Shown piece by piece: positions 7,580 through 15,164 of a stretch of 15,333 bases of DNA. The translations under genes and the position numbers were made by a program. Each line of letters begins with the position of its first letter. Positions within the stretch are counted from its first letter, which is position 1. The notes below the pieces were generated by a model. The model worked only from the letters and a program-made list of their open reading frames with translations. It did not search any database and was not told the DNA's origin. The stretch is taken from assembly GCA_050049995.1 (NCBI GenBank), contig JASFVE010000047.1, forward strand, positions 1 through 15,333, given 5' to 3'. This stretch comes from Chlamydiota bacterium. Its GTDB lineage: Bacteria; Chlamydiota; Chlamydiia; Chlamydiales; SM23-39.

Positions 7580-8539
7580 ATGTTTAAAGATTTATTACGT
7601 ATTCAAAAAACTAATTTAGATTTCTTTTTCGACTCTTTTAATGAGCAAGAGTTAGATGAAATTCTACAGCTTAGCTTACATTGCACTGGTGTACTAGTTT
7701 TTACAGGCGTTGGTAAAAGCGGTATTATTTCCCAAAAAATTTCTCAAACTCTTCTATCCACCGGATCTAAGTCTATTTTTTTACCTCCCACTGATGCACT
7801 GCACGGAGATATAGGCATTTTATCAGAAAATGATGTTATTTTCTTGTTAAGCAAAAGTGGTCAGACCCAAGAACTTGTTCAGCTAGTTCCTTATATTAAG
7901 TCTCGAAAATCAAAAATTGTGGCGGTAGTTTGCGAAAAGAACTCTGAATTAGCTAAGCAGGCAGACCTTTCTATTTATCTTCCAATGCAACGCGAATTGT
8001 GCCCTTTCAATTTAGCTCCTACAATTTCGACTACGGTTCAATTACTATTCGGGGACCTATTAGCTGTTGCACTAATGAAAGCTAAAGGCTTTTCATTAGA
8101 CCAATATGCTTTAAATCATCCAGCCGGTGCAATTGGGAAAAAACTGTCGCTATCTGTAAGTGATATTATGATGAAAGATAGTCAAGTTCCACTTGCAGAG
8201 CTAGAAGATACCCTTATTGATAAACTAGCAGAGCTTTCCTCTAAAAAATGTGGCTGCTTATTAATCGTAGATAGAGAAAGAAATATGCAGGGCATTTTTA
8301 CGGATGGCGATTTAAGAAGGGGACTGGAAAACGAGGGTGAAGCTGTCTTACATAAAAAACTAAAAGATCTTATGACATCAAGTTTTCTCTCTATAAGTCC
8401 AGCGAGCCTTGCTTGGAACGCCTTAAAAAAAATGGAAGAAAATCCTAAAAAACTTATCTCAGTCCTTCCCGTTTTAGATGATAATAAAGTTGTAGGTGTT
8501 TTAAGAATGCATGATATTTTGCAAGTTGGAATACGATAA
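7580..8539 (+). CDS. kdsD: Arabinose-5-phosphate isomerase KdsD/GutQ/KpsF (SIS domain + 2 CBS domains)
   Basis: TGVGKSG, DALHGDIG, SKSGQTQEL, APTIST, HPAGAIG, CBS motif GIFTDGDLRR and HDIL. Start at ATG 7580; the ORF-track extension overlaps icd. Confidence 0.93.
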   Translation: MFKDLLRIQKTNLDFFFDSFNEQELDEILQLSLHCTGVLVFTGVGKSGIISQKISQTLLSTGSKSIFLPPTDALHGDIGILSENDVIFLLSKSGQTQELVQLVPYIKSRKSKIVAVVCEKNSELAKQADLSIYLPMQRELCPFNLAPTISTTVQLLFGDLLAVALMKAKGFSLDQYALNHPAGAIGKKLSLSVSDIMMKDSQVPLAELEDTLIDKLAELSSKKCGCLLIVDRERNMQGIFTDGDLRRGLENEGEAVLHKKLKDLMTSSFLSISPASLAWNALKKMEENPKKLISVLPVLDDNKVVGVLRMHDILQVGIR

Positions 8540-8947
8540 CAGCTTTTGATAAGCCTCTTTTGTAAAAAAAGGCATATATATTTTTTTCTGATTATTCTTA
8601 ATTAAGATCCCATAGTCTTTTCTTCGCTGTAAAAACAAAATCTTTTCAATATCTTCAAAAGAAAATTCCTGAGATGTGTGCGCATGTATATAAAGCAGTT
8701 TATCTTTCTTAATTGTGATTGTATCAGGGGTTAACTTCCTTTTTTTTGCTTCTTGAATCGGCTTAAGCCCAATATGAATAAATGTAATAGCGCTTAAAAA
8801 AAACCATATCCCCCATTCTTCTAAAGTTTGGACAGATAAAAAAGTAGCTCCAAAAAATAAGAAAAAAGCTCCTAAAGAGGAGAAAAGAAATCCTCTTTTA
8901 CGTAATTTTTTTTGCAGACTTAAAGTAATTTCTGTTTCAATATTCAT
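8501..8947 (-). CDS. Hypothetical membrane protein (two N-terminal TM helices plus a small soluble beta-rich domain)
   Basis: 148-aa ORF filling the gap between kdsD and the permease, with hydrophobic segments GFLFSSLGAFFLFFGATFL and WGIWFFLSAITFIHIGL. Confidence 0.7.
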   Translation of the reverse strand: MNIETEITLSLQKKLRKRGFLFSSLGAFFLFFGATFLSVQTLEEWGIWFFLSAITFIHIGLKPIQEAKKRKLTPDTITIKKDKLLYIHAHTSQEFSFEDIEKILFLQRRKDYGILIKNNQKKIYMPFFTKEAYQKLLSYSNLQNIMHS

Positions 8948-8988
8948 TTATTTTGCATGAAAATCAAAATTCAAGATAAACACAAAGT

Positions 8989-10800
8989 ATGATTATTGCA
9001 CAGCAATTATTAACTTTCGGATGGCAAGAATATTTAGTAATATCTCTTCTTGTTCTCACCATTATTGCTTTAATCAAAGAATACTTTCCAATTGAAATAA
9101 CTTTGTTTATAGCTGGAATTATCCCTGTAATTTTAGGAATCGTTCCCACAGATAAGTTTTTTTATAGCATTGCTAATGAAACAGTGGTAACTATTGCTAT
9201 GCTTTTTATTGTAGCAAAAGCTTTTGAAACATCTGGGCTTATTCATATTATTTCTAAAAGGTTGCTTCCTAAGGGAAAAAATCATGCACAATCTCTTTTT
9301 TTTCTTCTTTCTCCCGTTGGAGCATTAAGTGCTTTTTTAAACAATACGCCCATTGTAATGATCTTGGTGCCTATAATAAGAAAGTGGGCTTTAGAAAAAA
9401 AACTGAGCCCTTCTTTATTTCTAATCCCTGTTTCTTTTGCAGCAATGTTAGGAGGAACTTGTACTCTTATTGGAACTTCCACAAATTTAGTGATCAATGG
9501 CCTATTACAAGCTGCAAATCCTGCATTTGGTTTGTCCTTTTTTGAAATAGGAAAAATTGGCTTTTTTTGTGCATTGGCTGGCTTGCTATTTCTGATTTTT
9601 TTCTCGAAGTATCTCTTGCCTGTTCGAGTAGATCCTGATCTTGCTTTACCTGAGGAAATGAAAAAAATGATGAGCCAGTTTCGGATATTGCCAGGATCCA
9701 GCCTAATAGGAAAGTCTATTAAAGAAATTGGTCAAAATATCTTGAAGGGGAGTTTTTCTATTTTAGAAATTACAAGAGGTAGCAATAAGATAGAAGCTCC
9801 TAGAGCACATATTACTATTCAAGAAAATGATATTATAACATTTCTTGGGGACCTTAATCAAATTGCGGCTTTGCATGCAATTGAAGGGTTAGAATCAGTT
9901 GCTGATCCAAAATTTAATTTAGACAAACTGGCTTCCCATTATTTTGAATATACTATTACAGCAAATTCTAGTTTAGTTGGCAAAACTCTAAAAAGAGTTA
10001 ATTTTCGAATACGGTATGGCGGATCTGTCTTTGCTATATACAGACAAGGCTCTTATCATATTGGAAATATTAGCGAGCGTCCTTTAAGAGCTGGGGACAT
10101 ACTAATGGTCTTGTCTTCTAAAGAACATGATGAAAAAGAGTTTGTTAGTAATAGAGACATATACACCCTTTCGCCTAGTAAGGAAATTCCTTTATTTTCT
10201 AAAAAAAAATCTTTTGCAGTTGCTTTAATTATGATTGGGATGGTTGTTTTGGCTACTGGCTACACATCTATGATGATAGCAAGTATTATTGCAGCTGTTA
10301 GTTTAATTTTATTTCGGGTAGTAACCCCTAGAAAGGCATTTGAAGCTATTAACTGGAATCTTTTAGTGATGATTATTGGTGGGCTTACCTTGTCTAAGGC
10401 CCTTGAGGTTACAAATGTTGCTAAATATATTGCCCACATTTTCTTGCCCCTTTTAGGAAAAAATCCTTACATTTTTGTGGCTACTACATTTATTTGTACT
10501 ACGATTTTTACAGAGCTTATTACAAATACTGCAGCTGTACTTATACTGTTTCCCATTTTTTTTACTGGCCTTAGTTTAATTACTATTCCTTCTTTGGACA
10601 TTGTACATGCTCTCGCCATAACAGTAGCAATAGCCGGATCATGTTCTTTTTTGACTCCTATAGGGTATCAAACAAATACTATTGTATTTGGCCCTGGAGG
10701 ATATAAATATACTGACTATTTTAAAATAGGACTTCCTCTAAATTTAATAATTTTAATTTTGTGCACTTTTTTAATTCCTATAATTTGGGGCATTTCTTAA
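8989..10800 (+). CDS. SLC13/DASS-family permease with two TrkA-C (RCK_C) domains (di/tricarboxylate or sulfate transporter)
   Basis: SAFLNNTPIV, GGTCTLIGTSTNL, two internal RCK_C repeats (SSLIGKSI, SSLVGKTL), TELITNTAA, and SFLTPIGYQTNTIVFGPGGYKYTDYFKIGLPL. Confidence 0.9.
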   Translation: MIIAQQLLTFGWQEYLVISLLVLTIIALIKEYFPIEITLFIAGIIPVILGIVPTDKFFYSIANETVVTIAMLFIVAKAFETSGLIHIISKRLLPKGKNHAQSLFFLLSPVGALSAFLNNTPIVMILVPIIRKWALEKKLSPSLFLIPVSFAAMLGGTCTLIGTSTNLVINGLLQAANPAFGLSFFEIGKIGFFCALAGLLFLIFFSKYLLPVRVDPDLALPEEMKKMMSQFRILPGSSLIGKSIKEIGQNILKGSFSILEITRGSNKIEAPRAHITIQENDIITFLGDLNQIAALHAIEGLESVADPKFNLDKLASHYFEYTITANSSLVGKTLKRVNFRIRYGGSVFAIYRQGSYHIGNISERPLRAGDILMVLSSKEHDEKEFVSNRDIYTLSPSKEIPLFSKKKSFAVALIMIGMVVLATGYTSMMIASIIAAVSLILFRVVTPRKAFEAINWNLLVMIIGGLTLSKALEVTNVAKYIAHIFLPLLGKNPYIFVATTFICTTIFTELITNTAAVLILFPIFFTGLSLITIPSLDIVHALAITVAIAGSCSFLTPIGYQTNTIVFGPGGYKYTDYFKIGLPLNLIILILCTFLIPIIWGIS

Positions 10801-10859
10801 AAAAATCTAGGTTTTTTATCCTTTGACCTTCAAAATATCTATCAAAAACGGATGAGACT

Positions 10860-12128
10860 ATGACTTTTTTTCACTATCTGATTATTAGTGTTTTCTCTTT
10901 AGGCTATTTAGCAATTATTTTAGAACATAATATTAAAATTAATAAAACTGCCGCAGCTTTACTTATGAGTGTCGCAGTTTGGGCGTTAATTTTCATTGGG
11001 TTTAGTTCTCCTGAAATAATAAGTTTAGAAAAACTAAATGAATATGTAGGAGATGTAAGTCAAATTATTTTTTTCTTATTAGGGGCTATGACCCTAGTTG
11101 AAGTAATTGATTCCCATAAAGGATTTAAAATCATTACAGACTTAATTAGAACAAGAAGTAAGAAAAAAATGCTGTGGCTTATTGGGTTTATTGCATTTTT
11201 TCTTTCTGCCCTTTTAGATAATTTAACGACTACGATTGTCATGATTTCCCTTTTGCGTAAGCTCATTGATGATCCAAAAGAAAGAATGTTGATTGGATCA
11301 ATGGTGGTGATAGCTGCCAATGCTGGCGGCGCATGGACACCTATTGGTGATGTAACAACTACAATGCTGTGGATAAACGGCCAAGTAACCACAGTAAATG
11401 TAATTAAGTCATTATTTATACCTAGCTTTTTCTCTCTTATTGTTTCACTTTTCCTGTTAAGTTTCAGATTAAAAGGAAGCTTTCATATAAAAAATTATAA
11501 TTTATCTGAAAAAGAAGAGCCCGGAGCAAAATTGGTATTTTGCGTAGGAGTGGGTGCTTTAGTTTTTGTCCCAATTTTTAAAGCTTTAACGGGGCTTCCT
11601 CCTTTTATGGGGATGTTGATTGGGCTCGGTGTACTATGGCTAGTAACTGATATTTATCATCACAAATATGAAAATAGGCATCACCTTCGTGTTCCTCATG
11701 TTTTAACAAAGATTGATACGTCAGGTGTTTTATTTTTCTTAGGGATTTTACTTAGTATTCATGCTCTTGAAGCAGTTGGGATTTTAAAACAATTAGCAAT
11801 GTATTTGAGTGATCATTTACAGAATATCCCTTTAATTGCCTCAGCTATCGGGGTGATTTCGGCAATTGTAGATAATGTCCCATTAGTTGCAGCCTGTATG
11901 GGGATGTATGATTTACAAAGCTATCCTACTGATTCTCCTATCTGGATGATGATTGCTTATGCAGCTGGAACTGGGGGAAGTATTTTAATAATTGGATCTG
12001 CTGCTGGAGTAGCTTTAATGGGGATGGAGAAGATAAGTTTTATGTGGTATTTAAAACGTATTAGTCTTACTGCATTAAGCGGGTATCTTGCTGGAATGGC
12101 CCTTTATTTGCTTTTACAAGTTCTTTAG
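10860..12128 (+). CDS. nhaD: Na+/H+ antiporter NhaD
   Basis: FFLLGAMTLVEVIDSHKGF, SALLDNLTTTIVM, AANAGGAWTPIGDVTTTMLW, SAIVDNVPLVAA and GTGGSILIIGSAAGVALMG. Confidence 0.92.
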   Translation: MTFFHYLIISVFSLGYLAIILEHNIKINKTAAALLMSVAVWALIFIGFSSPEIISLEKLNEYVGDVSQIIFFLLGAMTLVEVIDSHKGFKIITDLIRTRSKKKMLWLIGFIAFFLSALLDNLTTTIVMISLLRKLIDDPKERMLIGSMVVIAANAGGAWTPIGDVTTTMLWINGQVTTVNVIKSLFIPSFFSLIVSLFLLSFRLKGSFHIKNYNLSEKEEPGAKLVFCVGVGALVFVPIFKALTGLPPFMGMLIGLGVLWLVTDIYHHKYENRHHLRVPHVLTKIDTSGVLFFLGILLSIHALEAVGILKQLAMYLSDHLQNIPLIASAIGVISAIVDNVPLVAACMGMYDLQSYPTDSPIWMMIAYAAGTGGSILIIGSAAGVALMGMEKISFMWYLKRISLTALSGYLAGMALYLLLQVL

Positions 12129-12139
12129 ATTTAGCGCAT

Positions 12140-12167
12140 AAAAAAAAGGTCGCATCGTGCGACCTTT
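12140..12167. terminator. Intrinsic (likely bidirectional) terminator between convergent nhaD and porin 1
   Basis: AAAGGTCGCA-TCG-TGCGACCTTT perfect stem (12145-12167). An A8 run at 12140-12147 gives a U8 tail on the minus strand; the plus strand has a shorter TTT tail. Confidence 0.85.
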
Positions 12168-12196
12168 ATACACTTTCTTTAAGTTAGTGATTTTAC

Positions 12197-13345
12197 TTAA
12201 AAGTCAAACCCAACTCTGAAAGATAGACCATTCAAAGTAAGATCTCCTCGAGAAACTTTATCATTAGCTGACCAGTTTTGATCATCGAAGAACCTTCTAA
12301 GTTGGTTAACATTCCACCATTGATGGAACTCATAAGCAAGTCTTAAAGATACACGGTTTTGGTCTTTATTGAATAAAGTATTCCAACCTAAACCAAGTAA
12401 GACTTCAAAGTTTGGAATGTTGTTATAATAGTCATAGCTAATTGTGTAACTATTATTTGCTTGTGAAGTAGACTGATCAATATCATATTTTGTAAATAGA
12501 ATCGATCCTGCAACATTTCCAAAAATTGTAAAGCCTGAGCCTAATAGCCATTCAGATCTTAAGCCAGCGCGAAGACCAACAGACCAAATGTCATTTTTGG
12601 CATTCATTTCAGTCCCAAGCTGAGTTGTTCCATTCCCATCTTGGAAACTTCCTCCATAACGAGCTAGATAGTCTTGGTCAATCCATGCAGCGCGAACACC
12701 AAAGTGTGGATTGAAAATAACATATCTACTGATATGGTGAGGCTTACCTAAGCTTATGTCTAATGTATTATAAGTTAACTTCCATCTAGCTGAAGCTTCT
12801 CTTTCTGGTACGATTCCAGCAGCAGCAGTAGGGAAGTCTTCTGGCACTAACCAGAAAGGAAGCATTCTTCCATCACCTTTAACAGTTGCACTTTCATCCT
12901 GATTGGTTTTTAAATAAGTCCATTCAGCATCAATATTCCATGCATCATGGTTTAAGTAAAAGCCAACATTAACTCGAGCTCCAAAGCCCCAGTCCCAGTT
13001 GTCATCATCGCTAGAAAAGCCTTGCACAGCTCCACCTGTAAGCGAAGTATCTCCAATTTCATTAGCATCTTGCGCACCCGATGTATTTGTGATGGCAAAA
13101 TCTAGCCCATCTTCTTTTGCCTGAAAGGCAATGAAATCAGCGGCAAAATAAAAGTCTCTTGGGCAAGCCAATCCAACATCTTTTGGATAAGCAAAAGCAA
13201 AAGGACCTGGTTTTGGATCTTCACAGCAAACATCTGCTGGAGGTTGATCACATGGACCTCTAGGAATTGCGTACGCATTAGAAACAGCTAAAACAGCTGC
13301 AACTGATGACGCAAGCAAGTGTTTCATTTTCCATTTAACTTGCAT
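12197..13345 (-). CDS. MOMP-like / Lpg1974-family pore-forming outer membrane beta-barrel, paralog 1
   Basis: Sec signal ending AYA, SD GGGAGA (13360-13355), amphipathic strands (PHFGVRAAWIDQ, AYEFHQWWNVNQ, GDLTLNGLSFRVGFDF) and a C-terminal Phe beta-signal. Confidence 0.85.
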   Translation of the reverse strand: MQVKWKMKHLLASSVAAVLAVSNAYAIPRGPCDQPPADVCCEDPKPGPFAFAYPKDVGLACPRDFYFAADFIAFQAKEDGLDFAITNTSGAQDANEIGDTSLTGGAVQGFSSDDDNWDWGFGARVNVGFYLNHDAWNIDAEWTYLKTNQDESATVKGDGRMLPFWLVPEDFPTAAAGIVPEREASARWKLTYNTLDISLGKPHHISRYVIFNPHFGVRAAWIDQDYLARYGGSFQDGNGTTQLGTEMNAKNDIWSVGLRAGLRSEWLLGSGFTIFGNVAGSILFTKYDIDQSTSQANNSYTISYDYYNNIPNFEVLLGLGWNTLFNKDQNRVSLRLAYEFHQWWNVNQLRRFFDDQNWSANDKVSRGDLTLNGLSFRVGFDF

Positions 13346-13450
13346 TTTTTTGTTTCTCCCAACTTTAAATTTATTGGTTTGTTAACTTTAATTTGTTTTT
13401 TCTAATTCCTAAAATGCACAAGAATTTAGAAAAGATAGCAACTTACCTAG

Positions 13451-13506
13451 ACCATAAAAATATTTCTTTAAAAATAGCAATAAAAATCTGTTTTTTTCTT
13501 TTTTTT
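13451..13506 (-). promoter_or_regulatory. Putative promoter of porin 1 (TTGCTA-N18-TATGGT) with upstream A-tract (UP-element-like)
   Basis: -35 at 13480-13475, -10 at 13456-13451, and A8GA7 tract at 13506-13491. It lies just downstream of the porin 2 terminator. Confidence 0.45.
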
Positions 13507-13520
13507 ACAAGAGATAAAAT

Positions 13521-13554
13521 AAAAAAAACGCCTTAAATAATAAGGCGTTTTTTT
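13521..13554. terminator. Intrinsic terminator of porin 2 (symmetric, bidirectional type)
   Basis: A8-CGCCTTA-AATAA-TAAGGCG-T7, 17 nt after the porin 2 stop codon. Confidence 0.85.
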
Positions 13555-13571
13555 GTGAAAAGGTATGTTTT

Positions 13572-14702
13572 CTAAAGATCAAATCCTAAGCTAATAGAAA
13601 CACCATTCAAAGTTAAATCGCCTCTTGAAACAGGTTTATTTGCTGACCAATTTTGTTCATCAAAAAACCTTCTAAGTTGATTGACATTCCACCATTGATG
13701 AAACTCCCATGCAACTCGAGCTACTACACTAGCTTTATTTTTATTAAAAAGAGCTCTGTAGCCAAGTCCAAATGCAGCTTCAAGATTGGGAATGTTTTGT
13801 GTAAAGTCATTAGAAACTTCATAACCATTACCAAATTGTGCAACATTTTGATCTACGTCAAACTTTGTATATAACATTGACCCAGCTATATTTCCAAAGA
13901 CCTGAAAGCCAAGTCCAATTAACCACTCAGCATTTAGTCCAGCTCTAAAGCCAATAGCAGACAAATCGTTTTTAGCATTCATTTCTGGTGAAGAGGCAAG
14001 TGCCACATCTGGATTATTAACTCCTTGGTCTCCTCCATAACGAGCTAGATAACTTTGTTTAATCCAAGCAGCTCTAATTCCAAAAAAAGGATTGGTAATA
14101 AAGTATCTAGATGAATGACGTGGGATTCCCAAACTTAAGTCCAAAGTATTATAGTGTAGTTTCCATTGTGCTGATGCGTCACCTGCGGGTATAGCTGTTG
14201 CAGCTGGAGGAAAATCTACTGGAGTCAACCAAAAAGGAAGCATTCTTCCACTGCCATCAATAGATGAACTTTTATCTTCAGTAAAGTGAAAATAGGTCCA
14301 CGTTGCATCTAGATTCCAAAAATCGTGATTAGAATAATAACCAATGTCAAAGCGGCCACCGAGATCCCAGCTGCCATTGTCATCAGTAGTGTAACCCTTA
14401 ACAGAACCATTTGTTAAAGGAGATGTTCCAATAGTATTTGCATTTTGTCCACCAGAGGAGTTAGTCATGGCATAGTCAAGACCATTTTCTTTTGCTTGCA
14501 TAACTAGCAAGTCAAAAGCCACATAAAAGTTACTTGGACAAACTAATCCAATATCACGTGGATACTTGAAGGCAAAAGGGCCTGGTTTTGGTTTATCGCA
14601 ACAAACATTTTGAACAGGTTTGTCGCATGGTGCTGGCGGGATAGCATTAACATTCAGGCAAAAGCATGAAAGCATAATTAATGACATAGTTTTTAAATTC
14701 AT
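13572..14702 (-). CDS. MOMP-like / Lpg1974-family outer membrane beta-barrel, paralog 2 (~376 aa)
   Basis: Colinear with paralog 1 (roughly half of residues identical by eye). Start reassigned to ATG 14702 (MNLKTM...) based on SD GGAG at 14712-14709; signal peptide ends VNA. Confidence 0.85.
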   Translation of the reverse strand: MNLKTMSLIMLSCFCLNVNAIPPAPCDKPVQNVCCDKPKPGPFAFKYPRDIGLVCPSNFYVAFDLLVMQAKENGLDYAMTNSSGGQNANTIGTSPLTNGSVKGYTTDDNGSWDLGGRFDIGYYSNHDFWNLDATWTYFHFTEDKSSSIDGSGRMLPFWLTPVDFPPAATAIPAGDASAQWKLHYNTLDLSLGIPRHSSRYFITNPFFGIRAAWIKQSYLARYGGDQGVNNPDVALASSPEMNAKNDLSAIGFRAGLNAEWLIGLGFQVFGNIAGSMLYTKFDVDQNVAQFGNGYEVSNDFTQNIPNLEAAFGLGYRALFNKNKASVVARVAWEFHQWWNVNQLRRFFDEQNWSANKPVSRGDLTLNGVSISLGFDL

Positions 14703-14727
14703 ATGAGACTCCGTTAATCGACAATGA

Positions 14728-14756
14728 ACGATAAAAGGTCTAGACAAAAGCATCAA
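14728..14756 (-). promoter_or_regulatory. Putative promoter of porin 2 (TTGATG-N17-TATCGT)
   Basis: -35 at 14756-14751, -10 at 14733-14728, about 25 nt upstream of ATG 14702. Confidence 0.4.
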
Positions 14757-15128
14757 TAAAAAATTAAATCTACTGCAAAAAAATGTTTTAGGAAAACCAA
14801 GGTGTTATTTTGGAATCATAATTCCAAACATGCTGCTTACCAAAAATTTTGATCTTTTGAAAAAAGCAGGCTTTAAAATTACAAGTATTTTGACGAATGA
14901 ACATATGCATTGAGAAAGATTGTTTCCACTTTCTGTTTAAAAACGCTGCAGTTTCATATTGTGGTTTTAACTCGCGAAAAACACGCTTCAAAATAAAGCC
15001 TTTTTCATAGGGGAAATCAATGGGTTTTTTAGGAGAAAAAAGTCCTTCATAAATTATCAATTAAATTTTTTGATAAAGTCTTGAAAAGTGTAGAAATTTT
15101 ATTTTTTTGAATTTCTTTAAAAAACTGT

Positions 15129-15158
15129 TTGCTTTCAAACACCGGAGTTTTGTATGTT
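15129..15158 (+). promoter_or_regulatory. Putative rRNA operon promoter (TTGCTT-N18-TATGTT) preceded by AT-rich tract
   Basis: Hexamers at 15129-15134 and 15153-15158, directly before the leader hairpins. Confidence 0.45.
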
Positions 15159-15164
15159 TATTAC

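Noticed and set aside
8950..8964. Imperfect palindrome ATTTTGCATGAAAAT in the divergent hypothetical/SLC13 gap (possible operator)
   Set aside because: Mostly A/T runs, expected by chance at this composition; no second copy found.
10201..10209. A9 homopolymer in the SLC13 gene (and similar A/T runs elsewhere) as phase-variation sites
   Set aside because: Frames are intact, and A/T runs of 7-9 are common throughout this AT-rich window.
10800..10817. AAAAAATCTAGGTTTTTT near-palindrome before nhaD, plus CTAG-centred motifs near both porin promoters (around 13447 and 14738-14745), as a shared operator
   Set aside because: Flanks are not conserved between sites, CTAG is frequent in the coding regions here, and the stem is too weak for a terminator.
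8964..11392. Antisense ORFs 8964-9149, 9282-9497 and 11060-11392
   Set aside because: Shadow ORFs of membrane-protein genes.
13653..13874. 73-aa plus-strand ORF
   Set aside because: Antisense within porin 2.
14703..14756. 18-aa N-terminal extension of porin 2
   Set aside because: The TTG start coincides with the predicted -35 box; the SD and signal peptide support ATG 14702.
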